NCBI RefSeq assembly: GCF_039654945.1
Contig: NW_027361830.1
Coordinates: 7,626,001 to 7,690,000, forward strand
Reading direction: 5' to 3'
DNA: 64,000 nucleotides
Origin: Dendrobates tinctorius
Taxonomy: Eukaryota
Shown: piece by piece, positions 36,728 through 49,500 of the stretch
Position numbering within the stretch: position 1 is the first letter of the stretch
Layout: each line of letters starts with the position of its first letter
The notes under the pieces: model-generated
Database searches by the model: none
Told to the model about the DNA's origin: nothing
Seen by the model: only the letters and a program-made list of their open reading frames with translations
Translations under genes and position numbers: made by a program

Positions 36728-39239
36728 GTGGGTAATGATCAGGAGTGTACCGCAGAACAAAGCAAAATCTATCCTAAAGTGAAGTGCGCTAGGGCAGCTC
36801 TTAGCAGATGTGCTATGGATCATAGGAGTGGGTAATGAGTGATCTTCATTGCATTGTAAAATCAACAAAGACCCTGTTAAATGTTACGTTCATTAGATCT
36901 ATATTCATTCTTTCATTCTAGTCAGGCTCTTTCAATTAAAAGCTTCTTTTTTTCCATAGTTTTGTGTACATGAATTATTTTATTGAAAATCTATTACTGT
37001 GACAATGAGCGTTTAGCATGACCTACATGCTTCTTATGGCCCTATTACTGATTGTGTTCAGCACAGACTTTGAATGGTATTAATCATACTTGGACTTTGA
37101 AGATTAAATTGAAATGTCGGATTATCATAATCTTTTTATTCATTAGTACTCTTTCTTTTTAGTTTCTGTATCAGCTATGAGTTTGCAGTATTATTTTTGA
37201 CCCTTCACTTACCATGGCCTGTCTTAGCGATAAGATTTATAACAAAGCCTTCTTAAATTACAGAAACAGTTGGTTTAATAACTGAGCAATTGTACATGGA
37301 TCATCTTTGTGGTGTTTTATCTGTCCTTATGTTCTAGTGGATATCTTTTGTGCTTTTTTTTCTTCTTTATCTTGTGGTATACGTTAACATTTTTGGGCCA
37401 AATTCTTGAATCTGGTGCATGTGATGTTCAAGATTTTTGTGCAAAATCGAAAATGCTCTTTATTTTTTTTTCTTTTGCCTATTTTGAACTTTTTAAAAAG
37501 TAAGAAGTTGCATGTTCCACACCTAAATATAGGCGTACATAAAACATAAAATCAATCGAAAAGTGACTGGAATAGATTTGTTAAAAAAAATTTGCAACTA
37601 TAGAAATTTATAAAGTTGCTACTGATGATTTGGCGGAAAAACATTTGGAAAACAAAAAACGTACCCACATTAAAGAACATAACAAATAGACAAACACATA
37701 AAATGGACTTCAAAAAAGGCTTAAATTAAAAAAAGGATTTGATACCAAACAAAGGCCAAAAATGACTCGGGGCCCCATGTGTATATATCATAAAAATGTC
37801 ATAATAATGTGTGAAGCATGGTCGTTTTCCCTGACCGGTGTCTAAGCAAAATATTAGGGCTCCCGTACTAGACAACCAAAGCTCTTCTTTTTATAATATT
37901 GCAGTTAACCTCTTTATGGGAAAGGGGCTGAGCTTCGTTACCAGGCACACATGAAGAATGATGCTATTTTTTAAAAATAAAGTAGACCCTTTCAAGAAGG
38001 CCTGTTGGCTCTACTCTCAGCATATCAAGGAAATGCAAAGAACAACCTTGTAGGCATCCAAACTAATAATCGGGTGCGCACCCCACGCTATTAACATCCC
38101 AGTAAACCTAGAATATTAGACTGGAAGGGAAGCCGTGCTACAAATTGGTGGGAAACATTGTGATGTATCACATATCACATTTTTGGATTACAATGCTTTT
38201 CTACAATAGTTCTATTCTCATGTCTGTATTAATAAATAATGACATTTCTCATAACCATTCTAGAGCATGTCCTCCTAGCTTAATGTGTTGTCCAGTTCCT
38301 TGATTACTACTTTAGGAATGTATAAACTGACAACTGGGTGTTTCCGATTGAAGGTGTGTCCTTACACAGACCTGACAGACAGCTGTCAAGATTTATAGAG
38401 CTACCATTCTCCTTCCAAATGGGTGTAACACCAAGTTGACAATTACTTCAGTTCTTGAAGGCACCCTGTTCTGAAGATTTGAGTGGTGTCCTTGGTCCCA
38501 GAAGCTCCACTTTTGGCTTGAGCTTGAAACAGTAGATTGTCTCCTATCTGGACGTCTTTAGTGCTGTGTGTGATGGGGGGCTGGCTTCCTGGCTCTTTTC
38601 AATAGCTTATGGCAACCATCTTCTTTGTCATAAACAGTGAGAACATGCCAACACTGGAAGCTCTCTGCTGTGTTGAACAAAAGATGGAAATAGGCCTGCC
38701 AGCATCTAGGGCCATGGCAATTTGTCTTTAGGTTGGGTTACCTTTGTAACTTAAAGTATAAGAGTAGGCTGCATAACTTGCTATTTTAAGGATGTGGCCT
38801 ACCCTCCGTAACATAGCCAGTGGGAACTATAGTCAGCAAGAAACCTTATACTGGCTCCTGTTATATCAGAAGATAAATCGGGTAAATGTAAATAAAAAGA
38901 ACTTTTGGCAAAAACATTTGCTGTTTATATGTGTCTGGTATCTAAATATAGTTTTTTGCAATGGGCTAAGGAGCAAAAATAAAATACCAGTTTTCAAAAA
39001 CATTCTAATTAAAATGGTTGCAACGTTGCCTTCATGGCCTTTAGAAATGAATTTGTTCTTTGTATTCTCTTGTATTCAGCAGCACATTCTCATTATCCTT
39101 TGTAAAATTAATATTATTTTTCCAGTGTTATTAATAACAACATAGGGCTAAAGTGTGTGCCGTATGTGTTAACCTTGTGTTTTGTTTTTTGGCAGAATTT
39201 ATTCCTTGTATTAGAAGGATTGTCTGATCGTATGTATAA

Positions 39240-39429
39240 GGCCGGGATCACACATGCGAGAAACACGGCCGAGTCTCGCATGTTAATACTCGGCACTGCT
39301 GCCGGCACTCAGGAGCAGAATGTGCAGCTCCATATATTGCTATGCAGCCGCACGCTCCGATCCGAGTGCAGGCGGCCGGGTATTAACATGCGAGACTCGG
39401 CCGTGTGTCTCGCATGTGTGATCCCGGCC
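39240..39429. mobile_element. Young 190-bp palindromic Harbinger-type MITE
   Basis: TAA|GGCCGGGATCACACATGCGAG ... CTCGCATGTGTGATCCCGGCC|TAA; a related palindrome lies at ~55644-55830. Confidence 0.9.
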
Positions 39430-40717
39430 TAAAGGTTATTATCCATTAATACAATCTCTTTCTATATTGGAGGTAGTCGGACATGCTGAGATGATTGCTA
39501 TGATTTTAGCAGATGAAGCAACTGGCAACAGCCGTCTTGGGGAAATTGTGCTGTTTAGGTCACAGGAGAGTATATAGTCTGACTCATTTATCAAAATTTA
39601 GATTAATATCGGCTGAACGCACCGATAACAGGTTTGGCTGATAGTCAGATGTGTATTGGTGCCTTATACAATCGATTGTCAGGGGATTTACGTATCCAGC
39701 ATGTGTAATTTTGGATTGCCAATCCTTTTGTATCTTCTGAGATAAGCCGGATGTCAGTAAGAGGCTCTCCGACAGAGAACCCAGGAGCACTGGGCAGAGC
39801 GAGCCCTCCTGTGTATAGGAGAGTTGTGGGAGATCTTGCAATCCGAAAGATTGGCCGAATCTTTCTTCAGCTGACAACCATCTGAAGGGCTTTATTCACA
39901 TTGACGTTGTTTGACACATGGCAAAGTTTTAATACTAGACAGGTTAGGACTCTCCAAATAGGTTCACCTTGTCATGGTGGGATGGTTTTTATGCTTCTTT
40001 GAATCAAATAGCGTTAACTAAGAGCCCTATGTATTTTGCATTTAGTATTACTATTTACTTGCTGTAAGGTATATGCTTATTTTGTTTTTTGTTTTTTTCT
40101 TGTTTTTTTATATAAAGCTTTCATATTGTGATACTAATATGGGGAAAAATGTTTTTATTGCAAGGGTTATCCTGTTTGTATGAGCATCTGCCAGATTTCT
40201 TTCCAATCACACCAATACAAATATAAATTGTATGCAATAAACCAATTGGTTGTATTAATGAAAGACAGCAAAATGTGCTGGAGTGGGTTATCAAAATCAT
40301 AGTGATTTAGATGTGTTGGTAATCACAACCAAGATTCCAGCACATGAATGGATAGTGCAGAACACACTGCATATAACCATAGCAACTGACGAAAAGCAGT
40401 GAAAAAGTCCTCATATCACAAGGTAAAGTGCAAAGTAGGTTTTTATTGAAAGGTGAAACAAACAAAACATGGCTAAAAAGTGACATTGGTAGGAAAAGAA
40501 AGGCCGGGTGACCATCGCAGCTCCAAATAAATAGTCATGAGAAATACATGAACATTGTGAAGTGTCTAACTGTCTAAACATAAATAATGTTTGCCCATGG
40601 TCGTGACCATAACTACAGGGAAAAAATTCCTACATGAATGATGACAGGCAAAAACATACAATATGGTAATAAAGGAAGCACTTACACAAGAAGGAGCAGC
40701 AAGGGAGACCACAGCCG

Positions 40718-40765
40718 TACCCCAACGCTCGGCGTTTCAGCGATAATGCCTTCCTCAGGGGGCAT
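40718..40765 (-). ncRNA. PLE type I hammerhead, near intact
   Basis: UGCCCC CUGAGGA A GGC AUUAUC GCU GAAA CGC CGA GCG UU / GGGGUA; predicted cut between 40724 and 40723. Confidence 0.8.
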
Positions 40766-41653
40766 GTGTAACTGCTGACAAAGGCCCATTATATAGGGGA
40801 AGTGAAAGTAAAATCATGCCCAGGATCAAGACACACCCACCCATCGGTCACAGCTAATGCATACAAATCACAGGGGATGGTTGCAAGTGAAAGCACCAAT
40901 CACGTCCAAGCATCGGACACACCCACCATCCCAGCCATTGAACACCGCTGACGCAGACAAAACACGGGGCCCCGTGCAGTCAAACGTCAGACGGTGGGCA
41001 GGAGGGAGGAGGGTGATGTCACGTGGTCCGTGACGCAATCGGCGCATGCGCAGTATGGACAGAGTCAACAGCGGCCATTTTGGAAAGGGGAAAAATGTAG
41101 GGGCAAAGCTGGAATCCGCACCAGCATATAATTAACAAAGTGTATAGCAGCCAATATAACGATAGACATAGGGGAGGCCAAAGTAGAATGGATATCATAC
41201 TAAGTACAGGCAACCAATGGGTAGATAAATGTATCTATATCTGTATCTCTCTCTCTTACGGTACTATAATGTGTGCATGAGACAAGTAAATGTGAGAAAA
41301 TGATAACAATAATAATAATACAAAAATGAAATAAAAGGAGTCCATACAAGAACCTAACTACACATGAACCAAATCAGGCTAGAAAAGGACATATATACAC
41401 AGCATTATGTTGGCCCAAATGCAGAAAAAACAAAAAAAAAAAAGAGAGAAATGTCCAGTCCATTGCAAAAATCAAGAGACCAGGTTGGGCGTGTAGTGAG
41501 GATCCGTTAGGCATCACATCCCCATGGAACAGGACTGAAATGTTCATCCACATGAGGGGCCGAGAGGCAGCAGAAACACGAAATCACTATAATAAGAATA
41601 AAATAAATTAAAAACATGCTAAAAAACATACAAACCAATATCACATAAATGGA

Positions 41654-42680
41654 TTATAGGAAAGGAGCAAAAGAGAGGCTCTCATTAAGGCCATGTGGGT
41701 GAACAGTCTTGAGTCGCCAGATCCACCGGGCTTCGAGCTGGCTGAGTCTTTTGGACAAACCCCCGCCTCGGACATCAATTTTGAGCGCATCAATACCTTT
41801 AACCTTCAATAGGGCAGCGTCACAGTCATGGAAATCAAAAAAATGACGTGGTATGGTTCTGAGGGTAGCGGGGTCATCATGTGTGCGTGCCGCTAGGATG
41901 CCCAGCACATGTTCCCTCACTCTTACTTTAAGTTGGCGTGTTGTGAGGCCGATATAAATCAGGCCACAAGGGCAGGTGGCATAATATATGACATATCTAG
42001 TGGTACAAGTTATTCTCTGACGAATATCATATGTAGTGGTACCACTAGAGTCACAAAAAGAGTTATCACGTATTATGTTGGGACATGCCACACAACCACC
42101 ACACGGGACACAGCCACCCCCAGGGCTGAGTTTATCCAAGAAGGTCTGTGGTTTACGAGCAATGTAATGACTGGAGACCAAATGGTCTCTAAGATTCTTA
42201 GAGCGCCTAAAGGACATGGATGGTCTAGGGGATAAAAATTGATTGATAATCGGGTCAACCCGAAGGATCGGCCAGGCTCTCTGTAAGGCCATACGTACCT
42301 GGTTGGACCTCGAGCTAAATGTAGTAACGAACCTAATAGTCCCATTTTTATTTGGGCGCTGGACAAATTCAGAGCGATATAAAAGATCATGGCGGGAAGC
42401 ATACTTGGCCCTATTAAGAGCCCGCTTGATGGACCTGTGGCTATAGCCACGTACCAGAAAACGTTGGCGCAAAATTTCAGCCTGCCTAAAAAAATCATCG
42501 TCCGTGGAGCAGATCCTACGAAGACGTAGGAACTGCCCCACGGGAACGGCACGAATAATGTGCTTCGGATGGCTAGAACTGGCATGTAACAAAGAATTAG
42601 TGGCGGTTGCCTTCCTGAAGATGTCCGTCTGCAGGACCCCAGCGCGGTCCCTCTTGATAGTAACATCTAAAAAATCACGA
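41654..42680 (-). CDS. C-terminal part of the PLE ORF: RT end/thumb, Zn-finger linker and GIY-YIG endonuclease
   Basis: FLDVTI, GQFLRLRRICS, CVPCGGCVAC, YVIYYATCPCGLIYIGLTTRQLKVRVREH, RHF..FH, LEARWI..LKT..PHGLN. The annotated N-terminal residues come from the inverted segment. Confidence 0.9.
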
Positions 42681-42963
42681 CCATGGGCAAACATTATTTA
42701 TGTTTAGACAGTTAGACACTTCACAATGTTCATGTATTTCTCATGACTATTTATTTGGAGCTGCGATGGTCACCCGGCCTTTCTTTTCCTACCAATGTCA
42801 CTTTTTAGCCATGTTTTGTTTGTTTCACCTTTCAATAAAAACCTACTTTGCACTTTACCTTGTGATATGAGGACTTTTTCACTGCTTTTCGTCAGTTGCA
42901 ATTGGTTGTATTGCAGTTTCTAGTTTTGCTGACCTTAGAAACATCCATCGGAAACTTACTTAA

Positions 42964-43750
42964 AGGGAATCTGTCACCACTTTTTTGGCACATCATGTCA
43001 AAATATCATTCAGTTTCGTGTCGGCTCTGCATTATACAAGTACTTTTTATACCCCTTGATTCCCCACCAATGATACATAAATACCAGTTTTATTCCTCCC
43101 GCGGTGTATGTAAATATGCTCGGTCCGGTCCGATCGGAGGGGCTCATTGTCCGTCTCCACCCCCCCCTCCTCCTCCTCTTGCTGTACGTATTTTTTTCTG
43201 TGAATATCACAGATAGTGTACAGTTACCGCGTGTGCGCATTCAAATGGCCGCTTGCGCGTGTGCAGTATGCTTTGCCCAACTGTGGGCAAAGCATAAAAT
43301 CAATATTGAGCATGCGCCAGCATACGCCATGGCGTTCTGTGGCCCGGAAGTATACCAGTATACTTCCGGGCCATAGAACACAATTGTGTATGCCGGCACA
43401 TGCGCAATACTGTATTTAGGCTTTTCCCACAGTTGGGCAAAGCATACTGCGCACGCGCGAGGGACCATTTGAATGCGCACGTGCGGTAACTCTACGTGAA
43501 CGCAGCAATTACCCAAACGGAATGCGTAGAGCAAGCCAGTAGGGGGGAGAGACAGACAATAAACCCCGCCCATCGGACCAGACCAAGCATATTTACATAC
43601 ACCGTGGGAGGAATAAAAATGGTATTTATATATCATTGATTGGGAGTCAAGGGGTATTGTATAATGTATAATACTTGTATAATGCAGAGATGACACTAAA
43701 TTGAATGATATTTTTACGTGATATGCCAAAAAAGTGGTGACAGATTCCCT
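42964..43750. mobile_element. Kolobok/T2-type MITE forming a 787-bp fold-back
   Basis: TTAA|AGGGAATCTGTCACCACTTTTTTGGCA ... TGCCAAAAAAGTGGTGACAGATTCCCT|TTAA. Confidence 0.92.
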
Positions 43751-44708
43751 TTAATAATTACCTTCTTTTCTCTCTGGTTCTCCTTCCCCTCCATCTGTGC
43801 TTCTCTACATGCTGTGACGTGGTCGATCCCATAGAACCACATGAAATCTGTTTGTTTGTGGGAAACTACATTTTTCACTTCCCACGGTTGCCAGTTTGCG
43901 GTTCTCTACCTGTTGCCGAGACCACTGCTGTACACTACTGGTTATACGCACTGAATGCAGGTGCACCATGATGGCTCAAAAGAATTTTCTGTAAAATAAA
44001 ACTTGGCGGCCTACATACACAATTAAATAGTATACCGAGCAGGTTGGTCGCTTGTTTTTATGGACGAGATTTTCTTTTTTTATTAGCATAGTTTTCATGC
44101 ATGATGCCTATCGTGTGCTACATTTCACCCACCAATGACATTTTATCGATCAGATGCTCTGGAGTCCTAACAGGCCAATGTGAAGCTGCGGTAATTTAAT
44201 GGACTTTGTCACTTTAAAATAAACCTATCAGCTGATTCTTAGCAAATGTGATCACTTTAGCTTCAGGCAGCTTCTTGCCAAGCCAGATCATTATGTAATT
44301 CTCTAATAGCAGACAAAACAAATACAAGTAACCAGAGAAAAACCAACATTCTCAACGTGCAAGTAAATTCATATTGGACATTACTTCTTTTCTACACATG
44401 TATGAAGAGAACATTGCACCACTATTACATTGCTAGCCGACGTCTCTTGGGTCTCCTCCTATCAGGTGACTGCGATACAAAAAGTGTTTTTGATATATTA
44501 CCTACTGCAACCCCTATCGGTGTCTATCGTCATTGAAAAGAATGGTGATTTGTTTGTTGGAACCTTGATAAAACTTTAGAACCACGTCATTTTCTTTGAT
44601 AATTCCTTTTGGGAAAGATTCATAAAAACTCTTGAACGTTTCATTCAGTGCATTCCTTTGTGCGAGATTGGCATGTGACACTGATTGCATCTGCCTCGCT
44701 AACAGTAA

Positions 44709-45043
44709 TGGCGCGTTCACACTGCGTTTAGGCACCCGTTCCGTTGCCCTGTTGGGGGTTTTGGAAGTATGCGCGGACAGGGCCATATGCATTAATGGTG
44801 TCAAGAGTGAAGGTGCGCTCTGACACGCATCAATTTCAGGTATGTCCGCCTACTGGAGATGGACACGCAGACGTAGTAGATGCCCAGAAATGATGCACGT
44901 CAAAGTGCACATGCAATCTATCGACACCATTATAGTCTATGGCCCTGTTGGCGCATACGTCCGAATCCCGATTTGCGAGGTGTTCAGACATAAGCCCAGA
45001 TAGGGCCACTGAACTTGTGGCAAAATGCAGTGTGAAAGCACCC
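44709..45043. mobile_element. Harbinger-type MITE, family B
   Basis: TAA flanks; TTCACACTGC / GCAGTGTGAA TIR core. Confidence 0.7.
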
Positions 45044-45088
45044 TAACTGTGGCCTTGAAGTGCATTTTTGAGTACAAATTAGCTTTAA

Positions 45089-45674
45089 AGGGAATCTGTC
45101 AGCAGGTTTTGGCTATGTAATCTGAGAGTAGCATGATGTAGGAGCAGAGAGCCTGATTCCAGCGATATGTCACTTACTGGGCTGTCAGTAGTTGTTTCAA
45201 TAAAATCAGTGTTTTAACAGCAGGAGTTTATCACTAGATTTCTAGCTGTTTTGTGCCTTCTAGTCCTCCTGTTCTGTGTAACCCCACCCCTCATTACTGA
45301 TTAGCAGCTTTTTGCCTATGCACAGTGTGTACAGAAAGCTTTCAATCAGTGGTAATCAGGTAAACTAATATAACTATACAGATTGATATATTTTTGTAGG
45401 GAAAAGTTTAGTGTACATTGTATTTTTATTAATTTCACTTTTTAAATGCTTAGGGGTTCAGTAGGGTTGTCCTGTTCTGCGATTGACACTTATCTATGCA
45501 GAGAAATATATCCAATGGACTCCATAATAACATAAATAAAGCATGGATTTAAATTAATAAAATAAAGGTTATACTGGATCCTTTCCAATAAATTTATATA
45601 TCAATCAGCTAAGTTCCTTCTGCTCTAAAATTCTGCCTGCAGATCAGACGCCATGTTCCATGTGGCAGGTTCCT
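45089..45674. mobile_element. Kolobok/T2-type MITE, composite or degenerate; relative at ~57250-57640
   Basis: TTAA|AGGGAATCTGTCAGCAGG ... GCAGGTTCCT|TTAA; GCCTATGCACAGTGT..ACAGAAAG is shared with 57420. Confidence 0.55.
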
Positions 45675-46553
45675 TTAAGGTGTAACTGCGCTTTCAGGTA
45701 ATTTCTTAGTATAACCTTTTGTCTGAGTACAGAAGAAATAACTCTATTTCTGCTCATTATATTACTTGTATCTTGCATTTTAACAGGTTTTCACTCTGCA
45801 CTAGAATTTCCAGCAGTTTTTGTGTCTCTTTGCTTGTCTTCCTCCATCTTTTCCCCCCTCTCCATAGATATCACTTGATCCCTCACTGAAGACAAATTTG
45901 TAGACAGATTTGAGCAGTTTTTCAGAATGAATGCTCCATTAATTATTGATAAGTTAGGAAAGGCATTTTTCCCTAGCAATGATATATTACTTAGTTTTTT
46001 ATCTTATTTTCACTTGTGTTAGACTTAAAACCATGTCTTAGCTGACGTCTAGCCTGATTCCAGACTACAACCCCTGGCAAAAATTATGGAATCACTGGCC
46101 TTGGAGGATGTTTCATCCAGTTGTTTAATTTTGTAGAAAAAAGCAGATCACAGACATGGCACAAAACTAAAGTCAATTCAAATGGCAACTTTCTGGCTTT
46201 AATAATAATAATAATAAATTTTATTTTTATAGCGCCGACATATTCCGCAGCACTTTACATTTCAGAGGGGATTTGTACAGACAATAGACATTACAGCATA
46301 ACAATAATCATACAGTAGATTATAACAAATACCAAGAGGAAAGAGGGCCCTGCTCGCAAGCTTACAGTCTATAAGGAAAGAGGTAGACACGAAAGGTGGG
46401 TGGTAACAGTTGCCCTGATTGTATGGACTAGCCATAATGTTAAGTGTGTGACAGTACAGACACAGAGGGCTAATGGATGCATAAAGCATGTGGGAACATG
46501 ATGCGGGAAATCTGATTATGGTAAAACTTTTGGCTGTGCCACACAGGGATAGA

Positions 46554-49500
46554 TTAGGTTAATGTGTTGAGGCGATAGGCCAGTCTGAATAAATGCGTTT
46601 TTAGGGCACGCTTAAAATTGTGGGGATTGGGGACTAATCGTATTGATCTGGGAAGTGCATTCCAAAGAATTGGCGTGGCACGTGTAAAGTCTTGGAGACG
46701 GGAGTGGGAGTTTCTGACTATTGAGGATACCAACCTCAGGTCATCAGCAGAACGGAGGGCGCGGGTAGGGTGGTATACTGAAACAAGGGAGGAGATGTAG
46801 GGTGGTGCTGAGCCATGGAGGGCTTTGTGGGTGAGGGTAATTAGTTTATACTGAATTCTGGAGTGGATGGGTAGCCAGTGTAATGACTGGCACAAGGTAG
46901 AGGCATCGGTGTAACGATTGGTGAGGAATATGATCCTGGCTGCAGCATTCAAGACAGATTGGAGAGGGGAGAGTTTGGTAAGAGGGAGACCGATTTGAAG
47001 AGAGTTACAATAGTCGAGACGAGAATGAATAAGAGAAACAGTAAGAGTTTTTGCAGACTCAAAAGTAAGAAAAGGTCGAATTCTAGAAATGTTTTTGAGG
47101 TGCAGATGACAAGAGCGAGCCAGTGATCGAATGTGGGGGACAAAGGAAAGCTCGGAATCAAGTATGACCCCAAGACAGCGGGCCTGTTGCTGGGGAGTAA
47201 TAGTGGAACCACACACAGAAATAGCAATGTCGGGTATAGGTACATTAGTAGAGGGAGGAAACACCAGGAGTTCAGTCTTTGACAGGTTCAGTTTCAGATA
47301 TAGTAAGGACATGATATTAGACACAGCGTTTAGACCAGTGGTCCCCAACCTTTTTTGCACCAGGGACCGGCTTGAACCAAGACCATTCTTCCATGGCCCG
47401 GCAGGGCGGGGATGGAGGAGTGACAGGGGCGGGGCTTTGGTCATAAGGGGGCGGGGCTATGGACGCGGTTGTAGTTTAGCAGTGCATATTTATCATTTAA
47501 TTATAACATTTTTAATGTGACTCAACTCACCATAGGTTTTGAATGAGTGGGAGCACCTGGCTTGTTTCTGTTTCAGTGGGAGCACTGGGCTACTTCTACT
47601 GATGACCGTCACTGCTAATGATGATTGGAACCTACAAGGAAATGGAGCATTGAGCACTTAAGAACAATTGTACTGGAGTACTGTACATGCTGATTATTTT
47701 CTAATCATCAGAAAATGTATGTGTGGTCCCCCCCATCCAGCTCTGTGTGGCTCCCCCTGTTGTATGCATGGCTCCCCTGTCCCATCCTGTATACATGGCT
47801 CTGCTCCCACTCTCCCATCCTGTATACATGGCTCCGCTCCCATCCTCCCATCCTGTATGCATGTCTCTGCTCCCATCCTTGTATACATGGCTCCGCTCCC
47901 ACCCTCCCATCCTGTATACATGGCTCTGCTCCCACTCTCCCATCCTGTATACATGGCTCCGCTCCCACTCTCCCATCCTGTATGCATGGCTCTGCTCCCA
48001 CTCTTCTATCCTGTATACATGGCTCCCCTGTCCCATCCTGTATGCATGGCTCCGCTTCCACTCTCCCTCCCTTGTATATATGGCTCTGCTTCCACTCTCC
48101 CTCCCTTGTATATATGGCTCCGCTCCCATTCTTCCTCCCCTGTGTATATGGCTCCGCTCCCACTCTCCCTCCCTTGTATATATGGCTCCGCTCCCACTCT
48201 CCCTCCCCTGTGTATATGGCTCTGCTCCCACTCTCCCTCCCTTGTATATATGGCTCCGCTCCCATTCTCCCTCCCGTATATATGGCTCCGCTCCCACTCT
48301 CCCTCCCTTGTATATATGGCTCTGCTTCCACTCTCCCTCCCCTGTGTATATGGCTCCGCTCGCACTCTCCCTCCCCTGTGTATATGGCTCCGCTCCCATT
48401 CTCCCTCCCCTGTGTATATGGCTCCGCTCCCACTCTCCCTCCCTTGTATATATGGCTCCGCTCCCATTCTCCCTCCCCTGTGTATATGGCTCCGCTCCCA
48501 TTCTCCCTCCCCTGTGTATATGGCTCCGCTCCCACTCTCCCTCCCTCATATATATATATATATGGCTCCGCTCCCAGTCTCCCGGCCTCCCTTGTATATA
48601 TGGCTCCGCTCCCAGTCTCCCGGCCTCCCCTGTATATATGGCTCTGCTCCCATTCTCCCTCCCCTGTATATATGGCTCCGCTCCCACTCTCCCTCCCCTG
48701 TATATATGGCTCCGCTCCCAGTCTCCCGGCCTCCCTTGTATATATGGCTCCGCTCCCATTCTCCCTCCCCTGTGTATATGGCTCCGCTCCCATTCTCCCT
48801 CCCCTGTGTATATGGCTCCGCTCCCACTCTCTCTCCCTTATATTTATGGCTCTGCTTGCCTCCCCCATCCTCCCCATCATACTTACCCTCACGTCGCTGA
48901 ACTTCCTTCCCGTCGCTGCACGTCCCTGCATCTCGCGGCGCTTCAGCTTCTTCCTGTGCGGAGCGGTCACGTGCTACCGCTCATTAAGGCCCATGAATAT
49001 GGACGCCACGCCTATGGGAGAGGAGTGGCGTCCATATTCATGACCTTTAATGAGTGGTAGCACGTGACCGCTCAGCGCTGGATGAAGCCGCCGCTGGATG
49101 AAGCCGCCGTGGGATGCAGGGTGAGTATCAGCTGCTGCACCGCCCCCCGGCTCCCCTTGTGTCCGCGGACCGGCAAGGGCACTGCAACGGCCCGGTGCTG
49201 GGCCGCGGACCGGCGGTTGGGGACCCCTGGTTTAGACAATCGCCGGTGTTTTCTAGAAAGGTTGGCGTGATGTCAGGAGAAGAAGCGTATAATTGGGTGT
49301 CATCAGCATAGAGATGGTACTGGAAACCAAATCTACTGATTGTTTGACCAATAGGGGCAGTGTACAAGGAGAAGAGGAGGGGGCCTAGAACCGATCCTTG
49401 GAGGACCCCAACAGTAAGGGGAAGGTGAGAGGAGGAGGAACCGGCAAAAGATAGAGTAAAGGAGCGGTCGGAGAGATAGGAGGAGAACCAGGAGAGAACG

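Larger units (their letters stand above)
40257..42898 (-). mobile_element. 5'-truncated Penelope-like element (Neptune type) with an inverted pLTR segment
   Basis: 14-bp TSD CAATTGGTTGTATT (40243-40256, 42899-42912); 225-bp inverted repeat (40382-40606 vs 42675-42899); GIY-YIG ORF; hammerhead. Confidence 0.93.

Noticed and set aside
44436-44470. Hammerhead-like CUGAUAG...GAGACGUCGG on the minus strand
   Set aside because: The core is non-canonical, stem II is absent and there is no PLE context.
46554-47444. 296-aa ORF as an independent gene
   Set aside because: Its start comes from the hAT end; the remainder is the C-terminus of LINE ORF2.
47668-49060. 350-445 aa ORFs in nearly all frames
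   Set aside because: Artefact of a stop-poor 33-35 bp minisatellite inside an hAT element; the translations are just shifted repeats.
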